64,000 nt of DNA, taken from Bugula neritina. Its lineage: Eukaryota > Animalia > Bryozoa. The translations under genes and the position numbers were made by a program. The stretch spans positions 959,751 through 1,023,750 of the forward strand of contig OZ037773.1 of NCBI GenBank assembly GCA_964035545.1, given 5' to 3'. How positions within the stretch are numbered: position 1 is the first letter of the stretch; the number at the start of each line of letters is the position of its first letter. Shown piece after piece: positions 12,814 through 26,600 of the stretch. The notes beneath the pieces are model-generated. The model ran no database searches and had not been told where the DNA came from. It saw nothing but the letters and a program-made list of their open reading frames with translations.

Positions 12814-15800
12814 TTATAGTATAGTATGCATGTCAACCAAGTCACACCAGAAGTCTTGCAAATAAGATGGTGGCGCCCTGGTACGTTGGCTACGTTCCAA
12901 CGGTACCGTGGAATTTGCTGCGACTGGTGACTCTTCTGCACGGGTGGTGTCGCCAGTACGGGGGGTCCACCAGTACGGGTGGTCCTCCCCCAGCTGCCTC
13001 TTCCTCATGATTTTGAGGAATTTCCACCTCATCCGGGGCGATGGGCCTGTCGACCGGCTCCACAGGTGGTGGGGCCGGCTCCGACAGGTCTTCTGGTGTC
13101 TTGGCCTCCTCCTCCTGGGGTGGAGGTGGCCGGGGCGGGTCGGGCGGCGCGTCGGCCGCCCCATCCTGATCTTGCAGTGTCTCCTCAATCTCTTTATACG
13201 CCATGCCTCGCCCCCTCATAGGGGGGCGTCTAGCGGGCTCTAAGAAAGGAGGTGCTTGACCTGCTGCATCAGGACTCGCCCAGTGAGGTTTCAGCCGTGC
13301 CTCGTTCTGGACCGACACTTGTCCAGACCGTTCCACTTTATAGGTGTGATTGGCCATCACCTCAATCACGCAGTAGAGACCCACGAACTTCGGCTGCAAC
13401 TTGGCTGCCTGTCCGCGTCGCCGGCGATGAGTGGTCATCCAGACCCAGTCTCCCGCCTTGCAAAAAGGGGGGTCGTCAGAGTCACCACTTCTGACCTGCC
13501 ATTGCAGCTCACGTAGCACCTCGTGAGCCGTTCTCATGCGTTTTACGAGCTTGTCCACGTAATCGTGGACGCTGCTCTCGGGAGCCGGAACATAATAGGT
13601 TACGTGCTCAGGAATCCTGGTTTCTCTACCCAGCATGAGAAAATTAGGGGTCTCCAGTGTACTGGAGTGAGGGTACTACGGTAAGCTCGCATGATCTGCG
13701 GCAGCACCATGTCCCACTCTTCCTGGCTCCTACCGATGAGCAGGCTTCTCAGTGAGTCCCCTAGCATTCGGTTGTTCCGCTCCACAACCCCGTTCCCTTG
13801 CGGGTGATACGGGGTCATCCGACTCTGGTTTACCCCCCACATTTTACAGAGATCGCTCATAAGCTGCAACTGAAACTGGGCGCCTTGATCAGAGTGTATC
13901 TGCTCCGGCAAGCCGAAATAGCAGAATACCTGCTGATCCAAGGCTCTGGCCACTGAGGGGGCCGACGCATCTGGAATAGCCAGTGCATCAGCCCACCGCG
14001 TGAAATGGTCAGTTAGTGCCAGTATCCAGTTATTACCTCTCGCTGTTGTGGGCATGGGGCCTACCAGATCTACAGCGACTACTTGCCACGGGCGACCGGC
14101 ATGGTGGCGACGCCTCCCTGCGGTCTCAGTGGGGCGGCCATGCTTACTAGCTTGGCATACCTTGCACTTCCGTACCCGGAGTCGGACATCCCGGGTCATA
14201 CCGGGCCAAAACCACTGGGGTTGAAGACACCTAGTCACCCGGCTAGCTCTCGCGTGAGCTTGCTTATGGGTGTCCCAGATCAACTCCCGCCTCAGAGCGG
14301 ACGGGCAGACTACCCTCTCTCGCTCACTGCGATTGGTGCCGGCTGCCAACGTTATCGTTAGCAGCCCATCGCTGTCAAACCGGAGGGAGTCCCAGCGGTC
14401 ACAGAAGTACTTAAACTCTGCACTCTTCACTCGCTGTTCGGCCTCACTCGGCCGCCGTCCCTCCTTCATGGCCCGGACTAGGTCAGCTACCACCCCTGGT
14501 AGCGTAGCCTGGAGCCGACACAGCTCCCTGACGTTCCTGAGCAGCATAGGGTTTGCGTGAAGGTTGTTAACAGCTTCATTAGGGGATTCGGACCGGAGTT
14601 GTCCTTCTTCCCAGCTGTATACACCCGCTTTCCCCAACTGTGCTTCAACGTCCGAGCGAGGGGGTCCACCATCCCTGCGCTCAATGTTCTGGCACTGCTT
14701 ACACAGGATAGTTAAGGGCAACCTTTTAGTTCTAGCTGCTATGCTGATGATGCAGTGTTATCATATAAGAAATCAGTCCCAGTAAAATAAAATCTTACCT
14801 AATTGTGCTAAAATCAAAATTTAAAAACTATGTTGTAGATAGCTTTATTCCTCAGCGCGGTTTTTTTTGGAATTTTTAATTTTCCATTTTTTGGCTAAGC
14901 TACAGACGAAAAACTATCCATTTTCTCCTTTTTTTAGCTGAAAAAACATCATGTCAGTCCCAGTAAAATATCTCAGCAGGAAAACATAATATCTGAAAAA
15001 AGAAAACACTGTTGGAATTCTGAGATATTTCTGCAGCGGGGTTTTTGTAATGCTTCTAATAGCTTTTATAGATTTGCTATAAATTAGTGATTTATACGCT
15101 GAAAATGAGATAATTTTGCTTTACTAATAAGCACTGCTCATCACTTCGCGCTTCAGTGAACGCGTAGAGATGAAAAGATATTGGCTTGTCCATTACTAAT
15201 TACAGACCTGCTAACCTACAAGCTAGTGAATAGCTTGGTGTGTAATTCATTCATAGAGTAGCCACAATGGAATGTTGATATATAATGCAGCCCTAATTGA
15301 GCTTGCTGTTTATTGGTCATAATCTAATATCAGGCTAAACATACACAGGCAGGCAACACGCATGCCACCCACAGAACAATATTATAGAAAAAACCTAGAC
15401 TACATTGTGAGCTAAATTTATGATATTCTTAGTAAGGATGCCCTTAACTATCCTGTGTACACCCATCTGCTTGGTGGCGGCTGAGTTCGTCGGCATTACC
15501 GTGTTTCTTACCGGGTCGATGTTCGATCCGATAAGAAAACTCTGCCAGCATTTCCAGCCAGCGCGCTACTTGGCTTGATGGTTCCGCCCGTCAACACAGC
15601 CATATCAAAGACGCATGATCCGTCCGAAGCCGGAATGTGCGCCCATATAAATATGGTCTAAAGTGTTTGACTGCCTTGACTACTGCCAAGAGTTCCCTCC
15701 TGGTTGTACAGTAGTTTTTCTCAGGCGCCGACAGGGCTTTGCTATAGTAAGCCACCACCACCTCGCAACCATCTTGGACTTGCGACAGCACAGCCCCCAC

Positions 15801-17804
15801 ATTATGGTTACTGGCATCAGTATCCAAAATGTACTCCTTCGCAGGGTCAGGATACGCCAAGATGGCCGCTTCCACCAGGCGATCCTTTAGGTGGTCAAAT
15901 GCCTTCTGCTCGGCCTGTGTCCACTGCCATTGCACCCCTTTTGCTGTCAGCGGATTTAACAGCTGTGCAATTCCGGCGAAGTCTGGTATGTACTGACGAT
16001 AGTACCCTACCAGTCCCAGGAATGCCCGCAATTCAGGGAGGTCGACAGGAACAGCCCAGTCCCTCACAGCCCGTACCTTCTTGGGGTCGGTGGCAACCCC
16101 GTGTCGACCAACTACATGGCCCAGGTACTTGACCTCGCGCTGCAGTAATGCACACTTAGAGGGCTTGAGCTTCAGACCAGCAGCTCGAAATCTGTCAAAC
16201 ACCTCCCTGAGTCGACTGACATGTGCGTCGAAGTCGGGGGAGATGACAATGACATCATCGAGATATATGAGCAAGGTCTTCCAGTGCAGCCCACTCAGGA
16301 CCTGCTCCATGAGTCGCTGGAAGGTGGCCGGTGCAGACGTAAGTCCGAATGGCAATACCTTCCATTTCCAGAGCCCATCCCGCGTTATAAACGCGGCTTT
16401 TTCCTGTGCTTCAGGACTCAGGGGCACCTGCCAATACCCGCTTAACAAGTCCAACGTGCTGAAGAACTTGCTACCAGCTAAGGCATCAAGTGATTCATCG
16501 ATCCTAAGAAGAGGGTAAGCGTCCTGGATGGTCACGCTTTTCAGCCTGCGATAATCAACGCAAAACCTCCAGCTCCCATCCTTTTTCCGAACCAGGACGA
16601 CTGGAGAACTCCAGGCCCCATGGCCTGGCTCAATCAGGTCCCGGTTCAGAAGGTCATGCACCTGACAGCTCACTTCTCTCTCCTTCTCAGGACCTAACCG
16701 GCGAGTCGGCTGCCGGATGGGCGCCGTCCCCGATGCCAGGGGTATCTCATGACAGACAGTCTTAGTCAGACCCATGTCATGGTCGCCGCAACTAAACACG
16801 TCCTTGTACTCAGAGAGTAGCCGCGCCATCACCAGGCGTTCTCGCTTGCTCTCACAGCCATCACAGGCATCCTCGTACAACTCCGCTACATGTTCAGGCA
16901 CCGGCCCCCCGCCGTCTCTAGTGGGTACCCCACGGGGTTCGTCCGCCATCTCCAGCGCGGGCCCTACATCCTCCTTCTGTATGGAGTGGAACTTCTCCAC
17001 TAGAGACCCAGCCGGCAATTCTACCGGCTCCGTGAAAGGATTTACGCACTGGACCAGGAACTCCCCCCGCTCATCCAGCCTATTCAGACTGTTAGCGAGC
17101 TGGACGCCCCCCAGTGCACCTTCCACCGCTCCCAACTCGGAGATTTCCCTACAGTTCACTCTGCAGCAAACTGTAGCCCGGGAGCGCCCAGGTACAGTAC
17201 ATCGCTGTACCACCTGCACTCCCCCCACTAAGGGTCGGCCAAATCGGTCGACACAGGCCAGCTCACGCCCGGCCATCACCACCGCCGACTTGCTAAAGTC
17301 GATGTAGCACCCGTGTCGCTTCAGAAATGGCATGCCCAAGATGGCGTCCTTCTTGAGTTGACTGACGATGAAGGTCTCACTGATCGTCTGATCATGGATT
17401 CTACCAGTCAACTGGATTACTCCATAGAATGGAATACACGACCCGTCCGCCAACGTGCCGTGTTCCCCTTCATATGGTTCTAGACTAGCCCTGTCCCTGG
17501 CACTGAGAGTGTCTAATAGACGCCGACTCAGTAGGACTGATGCTCGTGTGGGCAACCGAGGAAAATCCCTGTTTTGCTCCCACTCGTCGTTCACTCCCTC
17601 ATCAACCAAACCTTCAAAGCAGTTTTTGAGTGCCCAAGCCGGAGGTTTTGGTGGGCTTCGCAGCCTACTAACTCTCCTTGGGGCTTGCCACTCTGGCGAA
17701 GGCGGCCTCCGCACCCGGTGGGGTTTTGGCTTTGGCCTCTGCCTTGGGGGGTTAAACTGGGGCCCACGGTCGGCGGAAGTTACCGTGGGCCATTGCTGTT
17801 TAAC
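12814..17804 (-). pseudogene. pol: G2 pol (PR-RT-RNase H-integrase), interrupted by a DNA transposon and frameshifts
   Basis: ORFs 15591-17714 (RT YLDD, RNase H DTDAS), 13600-14721 (integrase H-H-C-C, VAVDLVG, HSDQG, VVERNN) and 12890-13636 (GPY/F-type C-terminus). Confidence 0.93.
14702..15457. mobile_element. Non-autonomous CACTA/CMC-type DNA transposon, copy 1
   Basis: TIR CACAGGATAGTTAAGGGCA, 2-bp TSD TA; removing it restores G2 pol (..DGCKQC..). Confidence 0.88.
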
Positions 17805-18652
17805 TGCCTTCCACTACCGCGGGGGCAACTTCAAATGAAGTGTCCACCACTACCACAGCCCCAGCATACGGGGCGGCGCCTGTCGTCGACAGCTACCGAC
17901 GACCTTCTGGGTCGCTAGGCTGTCGACTGCTGGCGCAGTTGCCTGATCTCGGCTAGCAGTTCTCGAACCAAGCTTGTGGTCAAGCTAGTCGGCTCGTCGG
18001 CTGCTGCCGAGGCGACATGTACAGCTGTCTTCGCCGGCGACGTCGACACGTCGTCGTCTGCTCCGACCTGCTGTATTGTCGCCCCAGGTCGGCACGCACT
18101 GTTGGCTTGGAAATAGGCATTCCCAAGCCTTAGAGCTCTTTCCATAGTCTCAACCTCGGCCACCAGCAGATGCTGTTTCAGCCCGAGGTTGTTAATAGAC
18201 TGGAGGAATGCATCCAGTGCTAAGCTCTGTCGACTATCAGCAGGCAAGTCGTCGTAGGCGACTTGTGCCAGTCATTCGACTACGGTAGCATGCTCTCGCA
18301 GGTTGGTCTTAGGATTTCTCCTAAGCCCCTGGAGTTGCACGCGAGCATCTCGAGCGGTTAATATAAACCGGGCTCGTAATGCTTCAAATATGTCACCGAC
18401 ATTCCGGCTTATCCCATAGGGTTTAGCCGGCCCTGTCAGACATAACAGCAGCTGGATCAGAGTAACCCTATTCGGCCATCTGCAGATAGCCGCCACATCA
18501 CTAAACTCAGTGATGAATTGCTCCACATCTTCTTCCCCTGAGAAGATGGGAGCCCGCAAGTGATACCTGTCCATAGGCAGCGCTGGGCCGCCTATGTGAT
18601 CCTCCTCTACTGCTGCCGGTTCCTGTCCGGGCGTGTCGTCCTCGTCGGCCAT
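17780..18652 (-). pseudogene. gag: G2 gag with stops
   Basis: RYHLRAPIFSGEEDVEQFI motif shared with the other gags; degenerate CWGC..H..C knuckle. Confidence 0.88.
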
Positions 18653-18713
18653 CTTCTTTCTACTCCCTGGCTAGGAGCATTTGTATTAAGTGGGATCCCA
18701 CCGCTGCCACCAC

Positions 18714-19371
18714 TGTAGTGAATTTCGCAGTTCACTATATTTTGTGGGTCGACTTAAACAAAGCTACTACACCAGGTTATTTACGTTATAATAAGTTTAT
18801 TATTTACAAGATACAAAAATTGAACTACTGCTAACATGAATTGAACGATTACATAATAAATGAGCCTTTATGCACAACTACTCTAAGCGAAGTCCCAAGC
18901 TGCTCTCTACTCAGCGCTCAGCGCTCAGCTACTCAGCGCTCTTCCACTACGAGTAGCTAGCTCCACCTGCTATCAATTAGCATGTCAGTCCTGATTGGCT
19001 AGCGTTAGTGGTGCCACTGTCGACTGTAAGATACTGTCGGATAACAGTCGACGCCGAGTTGTTCCTGTCGATGCTAATTAACTCCATAACCATAAGCATA
19101 ACGCTAGCATTTTCTACTGAGCACACTAACTGTCAGTGCAAACCATCTACACCTCCTATTGAGCTAATTGGCTATTCTGCGTACGGTTGTTGATTCTATT
19201 GAACTAGTCTTGCCTTGTTTAACTGCGTGCATTAGTAGCTAGCAATAATTGTCCAGCCGAGTATAAGAGAGATTGTACGCATTCCAATTGTCAGCTATTA
19301 TGCCAAGCGTATAGAGAGTAAGCCACGAGGAGTTATCCTTTCCATAATAACATAAACTAAAATCCCTTACA
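18714..19371 (-). repeat. 5' LTR of G2
   Basis: TG..CA, adjacent to the PBS; 19200-19371 is duplicated at 11385-11556; related LTR fragment at 54333-~54750. Confidence 0.85.
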
Positions 19372-19968
19372 CTAGGATAATCTTTATTTTGGTTCGGTTA
19401 ATTTCTTGTCACCAGGTAGTTCCTGTGGGCCTCCTCGCCCCGTGGCACCAAATATCTACTACTACTGCCCAAGACTGCTTTGAGCGGCAGAAGGCATTGC
19501 TTATATACACAGAGTGGATCGCGATTGAATGACGCAGATTCCGGTAGTGTCATCCGTAGTTACTCGTCGGGCACCGCATAAACATGCGGCAAGGGTTTGC
19601 AAAGTTGTCGTCCTTGACGTTTGGTTTCAACATAATCTATAGTCATGTTTAGCAGGCGGTACTGGGAGGTATACTTCTTTTAACCATTACAATATCTGTC
19701 TTTGGCAAAAACAATTGTTAATTTAGCAGGGTTATGGATTTCATTGAATAAATTTTAATTTTACCTTTTCTTGAATAATAGTGTTCATAACAACATGCAG
19801 GCACGCTAGAAAGCTCCTCCTAGAGAATGTGACTTGACATTTCAATCTCTTAAATACTTTTATTCCATCTATTTATGTATTTTAATCCATTGGCTTTATA
19901 GCTTTTACACACAGTTCTCATACATATATATATATAGTATGTTTTTATTCTTGTTACATTACATCTTT

Positions 19969-20029
19969 AACATTTTATCTGAAGATTGTGTACATTCAAT
20001 GCACATGAAACTAGTAGTAATAAAGTGTT
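19969..20029 (+). ncRNA. Type I hammerhead ribozyme motif (Penelope-associated)
   Basis: Stem I AACATTTTAT/ATAAAGTGTT, core CTGAAGA, stem II TGTGTA/TGCACA, GAAA, minimal stem III, GTA cleavage triplet. Confidence 0.7.
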
Positions 20030-20056
20030 TTAAATCAAATTTTATCGTTCATTACT

Positions 20057-20097
<41 letters not shown>

Positions 20098-20129
20098 CTC
20101 AATATTATAAGGAAAATAATTAATAATAA

Positions 20130-20397
20130 TTAGGCTTTCCTTAATATTTTCCAACTTTTATTGTGTTTAATGTTTTTGTTAGTTAGTTGCCAAATGTATT
20201 TGCTAAGTTCTGTTTGATTAATTGCTTTTTCCTTGTTTTTAAAGGATGAGTTGTGGTTTGCGTATTTTAGTTTGAACGGTCCATCACTCAAGCCAATGTA
20301 TGTTGCAGGCTCGCTTTCGGTAGTTTCTACAGTTGCTTGGTATATTACTCTGCTCTCTTGACAGTTTCCTTTTTCTGTGGACAACTTTCTTTTTCTC
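20130..20397 (-). mobile_element. Penelope-like element GIY-YIG endonuclease fragment next to (TA)n
   Basis: GNCQESRVIYQATV..TYIGLSDGPFKLKYANH..TELSKYIWQL is typical of the PLE endonuclease; second copy at ~58677-59160. Confidence 0.8.
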
Positions 20398-20449
20398 AGG
20401 TCCTAACCCGCAAAGGGTTTGGCCTGATCTGCCAAAGCCAGCTGCAATT

Positions 20450-20665
20450 TCAGCAGGGCAATTGAGCAGGTGGCCATTGAGTAACGGCTATCACATCTCT
20501 GAACTATTGAATGAATTGTTCTATGCCCTCATTGCCAGTGAAGACAGGGGCCTTCAGACGATAGCTGTCACCAGGTAGTTTCCTGTGGGCCTCCTCACCC
20601 CGTGGCACCAAATATCTACTACTACTGCCCAAGACTGCTTTGGGTGGCAGAAGGCATTGTTTATA
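20450..20665 (-). pseudogene. Gypsy gag N-terminal fragment (partial duplicate at ~19410-19500)
   Basis: SYRLKAPVFTGNEGIEQFIQ matches the family gag motif. Confidence 0.7.
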
Positions 20666-20829
20666 CACTGCGTTTCCATGACTGCGCATAATGCGAATGA
20701 ATGCTTCGTACGGATTATTTGTGGTTTGTGGTTTGCATTAACTTATAGTTGCGGTTTCATTCGATGTAACTGTTTCCATTAGCCGAATGAAAAAATCCAT
20801 TCGCATAATGCGATAATGGAAACGCAGTG
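20666..20829. mobile_element. 164-bp MITE with CACTG termini
   Basis: 14-bp TIR CACTGCGTTTCCAT; apparent 3-bp TSD ATA relative to the empty site at ~19501; related fragment at ~22900-22986. Confidence 0.75.
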
Positions 20830-21232
20830 ATATACACAGAGTGGATCCTGATTGAATGACGCAGATTTTATTTTGAGTAAAGGCAGTGAGCATTGAGTTT
20901 TTTATTAGTACAATAAGTAGTCGTCTGTAAAGGTATTGTGAGTGGTTCTTATAGTAACATTGTTGACGTGGTAGTAGAAATAAAAGCTTTGAGGTTCAAG
21001 AAATGGAAAGAAGCAGAAGTCCAACCTGCTATGCATGAAGAAGTGCAGAGGCTGAATACTGCAGGTGAATTTATTCAAGAATAGTTTACAAACAGTTGCC
21101 TCAACTAAAATATCATTAAAATGAAAAGAGATAATCATCAACTTCATACTTTTAGTAAGACGAATGCATAAAATTATTGCCATTTCAAAGAGATTTGCGC
21201 TTGAATCATTCTGTGCATGTGTGTATATTTAT

Positions 21233-21295
21233 GTGGTGTACTGGTTAGCATTTGCTTGGGAAACGGGGGTCTTGGGTTCCAACTTTAGCGAGGGT
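21233..21295 (+). repeat. Possible decayed tRNA-derived SINE head
   Basis: A-box-like TGGTGTACTGG and B-box-like GGTTCCAAC at tRNA spacing; no full cloverleaf. Confidence 0.35.
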
Positions 21296-23643
21296 GGAGA
21301 GTGGGTTTCAAAAATTTTGTAACTTTGCTACATCTTGTTAACGAACTAATTTATCTGCATACAATGTATAACTTAGTTTGACTTTTCTTCATCTTCAATT
21401 ACACAACTTGTATTTGTTTTGCTTCCTGTCACTTTTTGTTGGGTTTTGATGAACTTTTTTATTCTTCTTCAGATTGATTGTTCTGTATAAATAATTTAGT
21501 TTTGTTTTGATAAAAAGCTCAACAACAGTTTAACGAAGTATATATATTGTAGTAAACTGTGTGGGTTTTGAATGCAACTAGCGCCTACATGCTCTAGAGA
21601 GAATAAGCCAAGTACTTGAATACGAATGAAAGTTAAACTTTATTTGCATCAGATACAGCTTATGTGGTCCTACTACCAGCGAGCTCCAGTAGTAGTCTGA
21701 ATCTACACTGGAAACTCGCCTGCTTTTATACACAAGAATTCACATCTAGAATGTTCCAACAGACAAAAGAAAGTTAAGCTTGACAGTAACAAAAGAAAAA
21801 TAGACAAAGGAGAATGAATCATTCAATAGGCCAAGAATTTAGCTATAATAACAACCTATTGAAGGCATTCATAAAAGCTACACAAATTTCCAGTATCAGT
21901 ATTAATGCAAAACGATAAAATAGCAAAAAGGGAAAATAACTCTGGAAATGCGTATTTAATGAAAATTACATTATACTGAAAGCTTTAACAACAATCACAA
22001 TAATAGGGCATTAGAAAGCTAGCCCAACTTAGCTACAATTACAGCATTCAAAATATACGCAACAGTAATTATAATACTGACACACGCAGTTACTTGAGAA
22101 CAGTAGAGGATGAGAATCTATCACAATATTAGTACCAAACACACTTACTGCATTAACTTCTAACAACTGTTAATCTGTTTATGTATTTGTACAAATCATT
22201 AATTATTATTATTTTAATGACAGCAATTTTAGTTGCTGTGATTTTTGCTCTTTTCAATATGCTATATTGTTCAGAAGGTCGCTCCTTAGATATTGTTGGA
22301 AACCATGTTTAATATGGATTTCAGTGATCAATTGTATGATTTCAACTTTAAGTTTGGGAAGTACGTTTCATGAGTTTCAAATAAAAGTATATGCATCAAG
22401 GTATGCATAAAACTGTTACCAATTTATTGATCATTTTTTTGATACAGAGTGTAAAATGATATTGTAGTCATTTTGAACAATACATGCAATGAAACAGGAA
22501 AAAAACATGAAGCAAATCACAATCTTAAAAAACAAATAGTTTCAATAGCGAAATAATCTACAGAGTAAAAACTTCAAATTCCAAATGCATTTTTTGGTAT
22601 AAAGAAATTTGGCAGTTAGGGGAGAGAACGTCAACACACCCAATATCTATTTTGTTTCTTCAGTGAAAATGAGTGAGATTTTATCAACAGCTAATGGATC
22701 TGTAAAAAGACGGTGAAACCCTCATCTCATTCTTTTGGGGTCTCCTGTATTCTCATTATTTAGGAGTTTGTTTTCTGCAAATGACAATAATGTTATTTTA
22801 AACTAACGTAACACACAGACCAATCAGAAACAATTGCTTAATGATACATTTTGTGCACAGGCTCCATAAAAAAGTTTGCCAAGAGAAATAGTTGCATTGA
22901 ATGAAACTCCAACTATAAATTAATGCAAACCACAAATAATCCTAAAGGCGATCATTCACATAATGAGCAGTCATGAAAATGCAGTGTAGAGTTGAGCTGG
23001 TTGAAAAGTTTGAAGCCTAATGTTACATGGTTACATTTGAATGGAGCCAACTGTACCAGTGAGAACAATACTGTTAAAAAGTTGATAAACGCAAATTTAA
23101 TTAACTAAAGATCATGATAATTTCAGTAAATAGTTTGACTGTAATATCAATTGGTTTTATTTCAAATCAATTACAAACATTGCACATAAAAATAGAAGTG
23201 ACCGAACTTAAAAGTTGCTATCAAAACTGGAGGAATACTTATGAAGAAGTTCAGTAGATATTGATAATGAGGATACTGAAATGAGATCAATGAGACAATG
23301 AAAGCTTGACAATCCGAAACTAAATGAGACAAAATAGGTTGGATTAAGGCCACACTAAAAAGATTTTCCAATTTTAAAATTATGCCACTTGATCGAAATG
23401 AGTGAAACTCAAGTGACCAATCACATTTGCCCAATTGCTGTGGTATAGATATTAATACATGTTTGAGCCTCGTTCACCTGTCTCAGTGATGCACCATTAA
23501 TTTTTTGGACGATTAGGACAAAACTCAAAGGCAGGCTAGTTGAACAGTATAAGCCAACTAGATGATCTATGATGGTAGGTAATTGAATATTGTTTGTTTT
23601 CAACAGTTCGCCATCCTTCTATTGTTGCTGAGGTGTTATATAT

Positions 23644-26600
23644 TGTGGTGATTTATGATGTATCGGAAAGGCAACTCTTGTAATTAGTCTGCTACTCTGA
23701 TGTGCATTGTCTAGAATACGATAAGCTACACTTGGCCTAGTACTGCCTACATTGTTACGCTACCTCTCGGAACAATGAATGGGATCAACCAATTAGAAAG
23801 GAACTAATGATCATACTATCATACGATCAATAGCAACTTGAATCAGTAGCTGCAGTTAATGCTTTGGGATAGAGGTAATGGTGTAAGATCACTAGCAGCG
23901 TGCATGAGCAGTTGGATAGTAGCGCTTGGTCAGTTAGGTTGCATGCTTAGTATTTGCCACGTTATGTACTTCTTCACAGTTATTTACTGTATTTCACTCA
24001 TGTATAATTCGTATTGAAAAGACGCTATCAATACTTTCCGTCGGCAGTTATCAGCTTTAGTCTTAAATACCCGCAAAATTAGTAAATAGCAAAAATTTAG
24101 AACAATGGTGGCACGATAGAAACTTTTGAAGGCTAATGCACCTGGTCAAAGAGTAAGAGTATAACCAGTGACGATGAAGGAAACATCATCTGTCTAGAGC
24201 AGATCAAACCGGCAGCTGTAGAGGATGTCATAGGTGGCCAGCGCCGTCTATGACCAGGTATCATTTGCAGGCTCCTACCGTCTGCGGAGAAGATGTGGAG
24301 CAGTTTATTGCTGAGTTTAGCAATGTGGCAGCCAGCTGCGGTCAAGCCTGACGGGATCGGCCAGAATGGCGACAACATCTTTGAGAGCCTGATTTGGTCT
24401 CACCACTTGAGATGAGCGTGTACAAATCCAAGGGCTTAGGAGAGATTTCAAGACTCCCTTGCATGAGCACGCAACCAAAGTGGAACAGCTGGCGCAGAAG
24501 CTTGCCGGCAGAAGGTCGGAAGAGTTCAGCACTAGAGGCGTTCTCCAGTCGGTCAACATCGGCTTGAAAAGGCACGTGCTGGTAGCCAAAGTTGATATGA
24601 TGAAATAAGCGTTTCGGCTTGGGAATGCCTATTTCCAAGCCCCCAGTGCATGCCGCACTAGTGTGAGTGCGCGGCAGGTAAACATCACCGATGGGTTATC
24701 GCCACCGTCAGCTGCTGCGGCAGCCCACGTAGCCACCACAGCAGCTGGAAAAACCGGCTTAACCGCGAGAGTGGTCGGAGAGCTGTTGGCTAAAATTTGT
24801 CGCTGGCTTCAACAACAGTCAGTTGAGCAGCCGGCTATGCCACCGACAGCTGCCGCCGGCAGACGCGCCCTTGTTTGTTGGGGTTGTGGTAGTAGAAGAC
24901 ATTTTTTGACCAGCTGTTTCCACGGTGGAAGAAAGCAGTTAAACCTAGATGGCCCACCCTAGATTCCGGCAACCGTGGGCGTCAAGTTAACTCTTTGGGA
25001 CCAAGGCCAAGGCCCAAACCCTACAGGGTGAGGAAGCGGCCTTCAGGGGAATGGCAAGCCCCAAGGAGTCAGCAGACTGCAAGGTTTGCCGAAACCTCCA
25101 GCTTTGTCACTCAAAAGTTGCTTTGAGGGATTGCAGGAGGAAGAAGTATACGAGAAGTGGGAGCAGGAACGAGATTTCACTCGGCCTGCCACAAGACCTC
25201 GGAAACCCCCTCGCGATCGTAAAATGCAGGTGCATCCCAAACTCCATGCACATGAAGTGTAGCCTCCAGAGATGAGATGCTCAGTGAGCGCTCAGCCATG
25301 TGGTTGCAGTTATTTCCTGCCCGGCAAACGTGCCGGCAAAGCTGCAACATTCCTGTTGGACACTGGGTGTACTACTAATCTCCTGAGCCGTGTTTACACA
25401 CTCAATGCAAAAGACAGAGCTAACCTGGAGCTATATGAAGGGAACACCACATGTTGGTGGACGGGTTGTGTATTCTATTCTCTGGCAAGAGTGAGCTGAC
25501 AGGTCGAGTCTGTGATCAGGTGATCAGCGAGACCTTCATCATCAGTCACCTGACGGAAGATGCCATCTTTCGAACGCCTTTCCTGACGAAACACAAGTGC
25601 TACATTGACCTTAACAAGTTGGCGGTGATGTTGGCCAGGCGTGAGCTTGCAGGCAGGCGTTCAGCAGACCCTTGGTGGGGTGAGTGCAGCTAGTGCGGCG
25701 TTGCACCATTCCTGGGGGCTTCAGGGCTACAGTTTGCTGCAGAGTGAACTGTAGGAAAACCTCTGACTTAGGAGTGGTGGAGGGGCACTTGGAGGTGTCC
25801 AGCTCGGGAGCAGCCTAAATCAGCTGAACAAGTGTGGGGAGTTTTTGGTACAGTATGTGAATCTTTTCGCACAGCCGGTGGAGTTGCCGGCTGGTTCGTT
25901 AGTGAGGAAGCTTCACTCCGTGCAGGAGGAGGATGCCAGGTCCCACACGGAGACGGCGGAGGTGACCTGTGGGGTACCCACTATGAACCGCAGGTGGCAG
26001 GTGCCTGAACACTTGGTAGCTTTGTACGGAAATGCTGGCGATGACCGCGGGAACAGCAGGGAACGTCGTGTAGTGGCACAATTACTCTCTGAGTACAAAG
26101 ATGTGTTCAGTCATGGCGACCATGACATGGGCCTGACTAAAGCTATCAGTCATGAGATACGCTTGGCGGTGAAGACGGGGCTAATTCAATAGCCAACCTG
26201 CCGGTTAGGTTCTGAGAAGAAAAAGGAATTGAGTGGTCAGGTGCAAGACCTTCTCAGCCGGGAGGTGATTGAGCCACCCCATAGTGCTTGAAACTCTCCA
26301 GTTGTCCTGGTTTAGAAAAAGGATGGTAGCTGGAGGCTTTACGTGGATTATTGCAAACTAAACAGTGTACCTGTTTATGATGCTTACTCTCTTCCGAGGA
26401 TTGATGAGTTGTTGGATGCCTTAGCGGGTAGCAAATTTTTCAATACGGTAGGTTTGCTGAGCGGATACTGGCAAGTGCTCCTGAGCCCTGATGCACAGGA
26501 CAAGGCTGCATTTACAATGCAGAATGGGCTATGGAAGTGGGAGGTGCTGCCGTTTGAACTTACATCCGCTCCAGTCACTTCTCAGCGACTTATGGAGCAA

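Larger units (their letters stand above)
11385..19371 (-). mobile_element. Ty3/Gypsy element G2 (long-LTR subfamily), defective, with nested insertions
   Basis: 5' LTR 18714-19371, PBS 18695-18712, gag (~17780-18652, CCHC remnant), pol PR-RT(YLDD)-RH-IN ~12814-17804, partial 3' LTR 11385-11556 matching 19200-19371, PPT at 11557-11571. Confidence 0.92.

Noticed and set aside
15663-17918. Many antisense and overlapping ORFs within pol regions
   Set aside because: Shadow frames of GC-rich gag/pol with no independent motifs.
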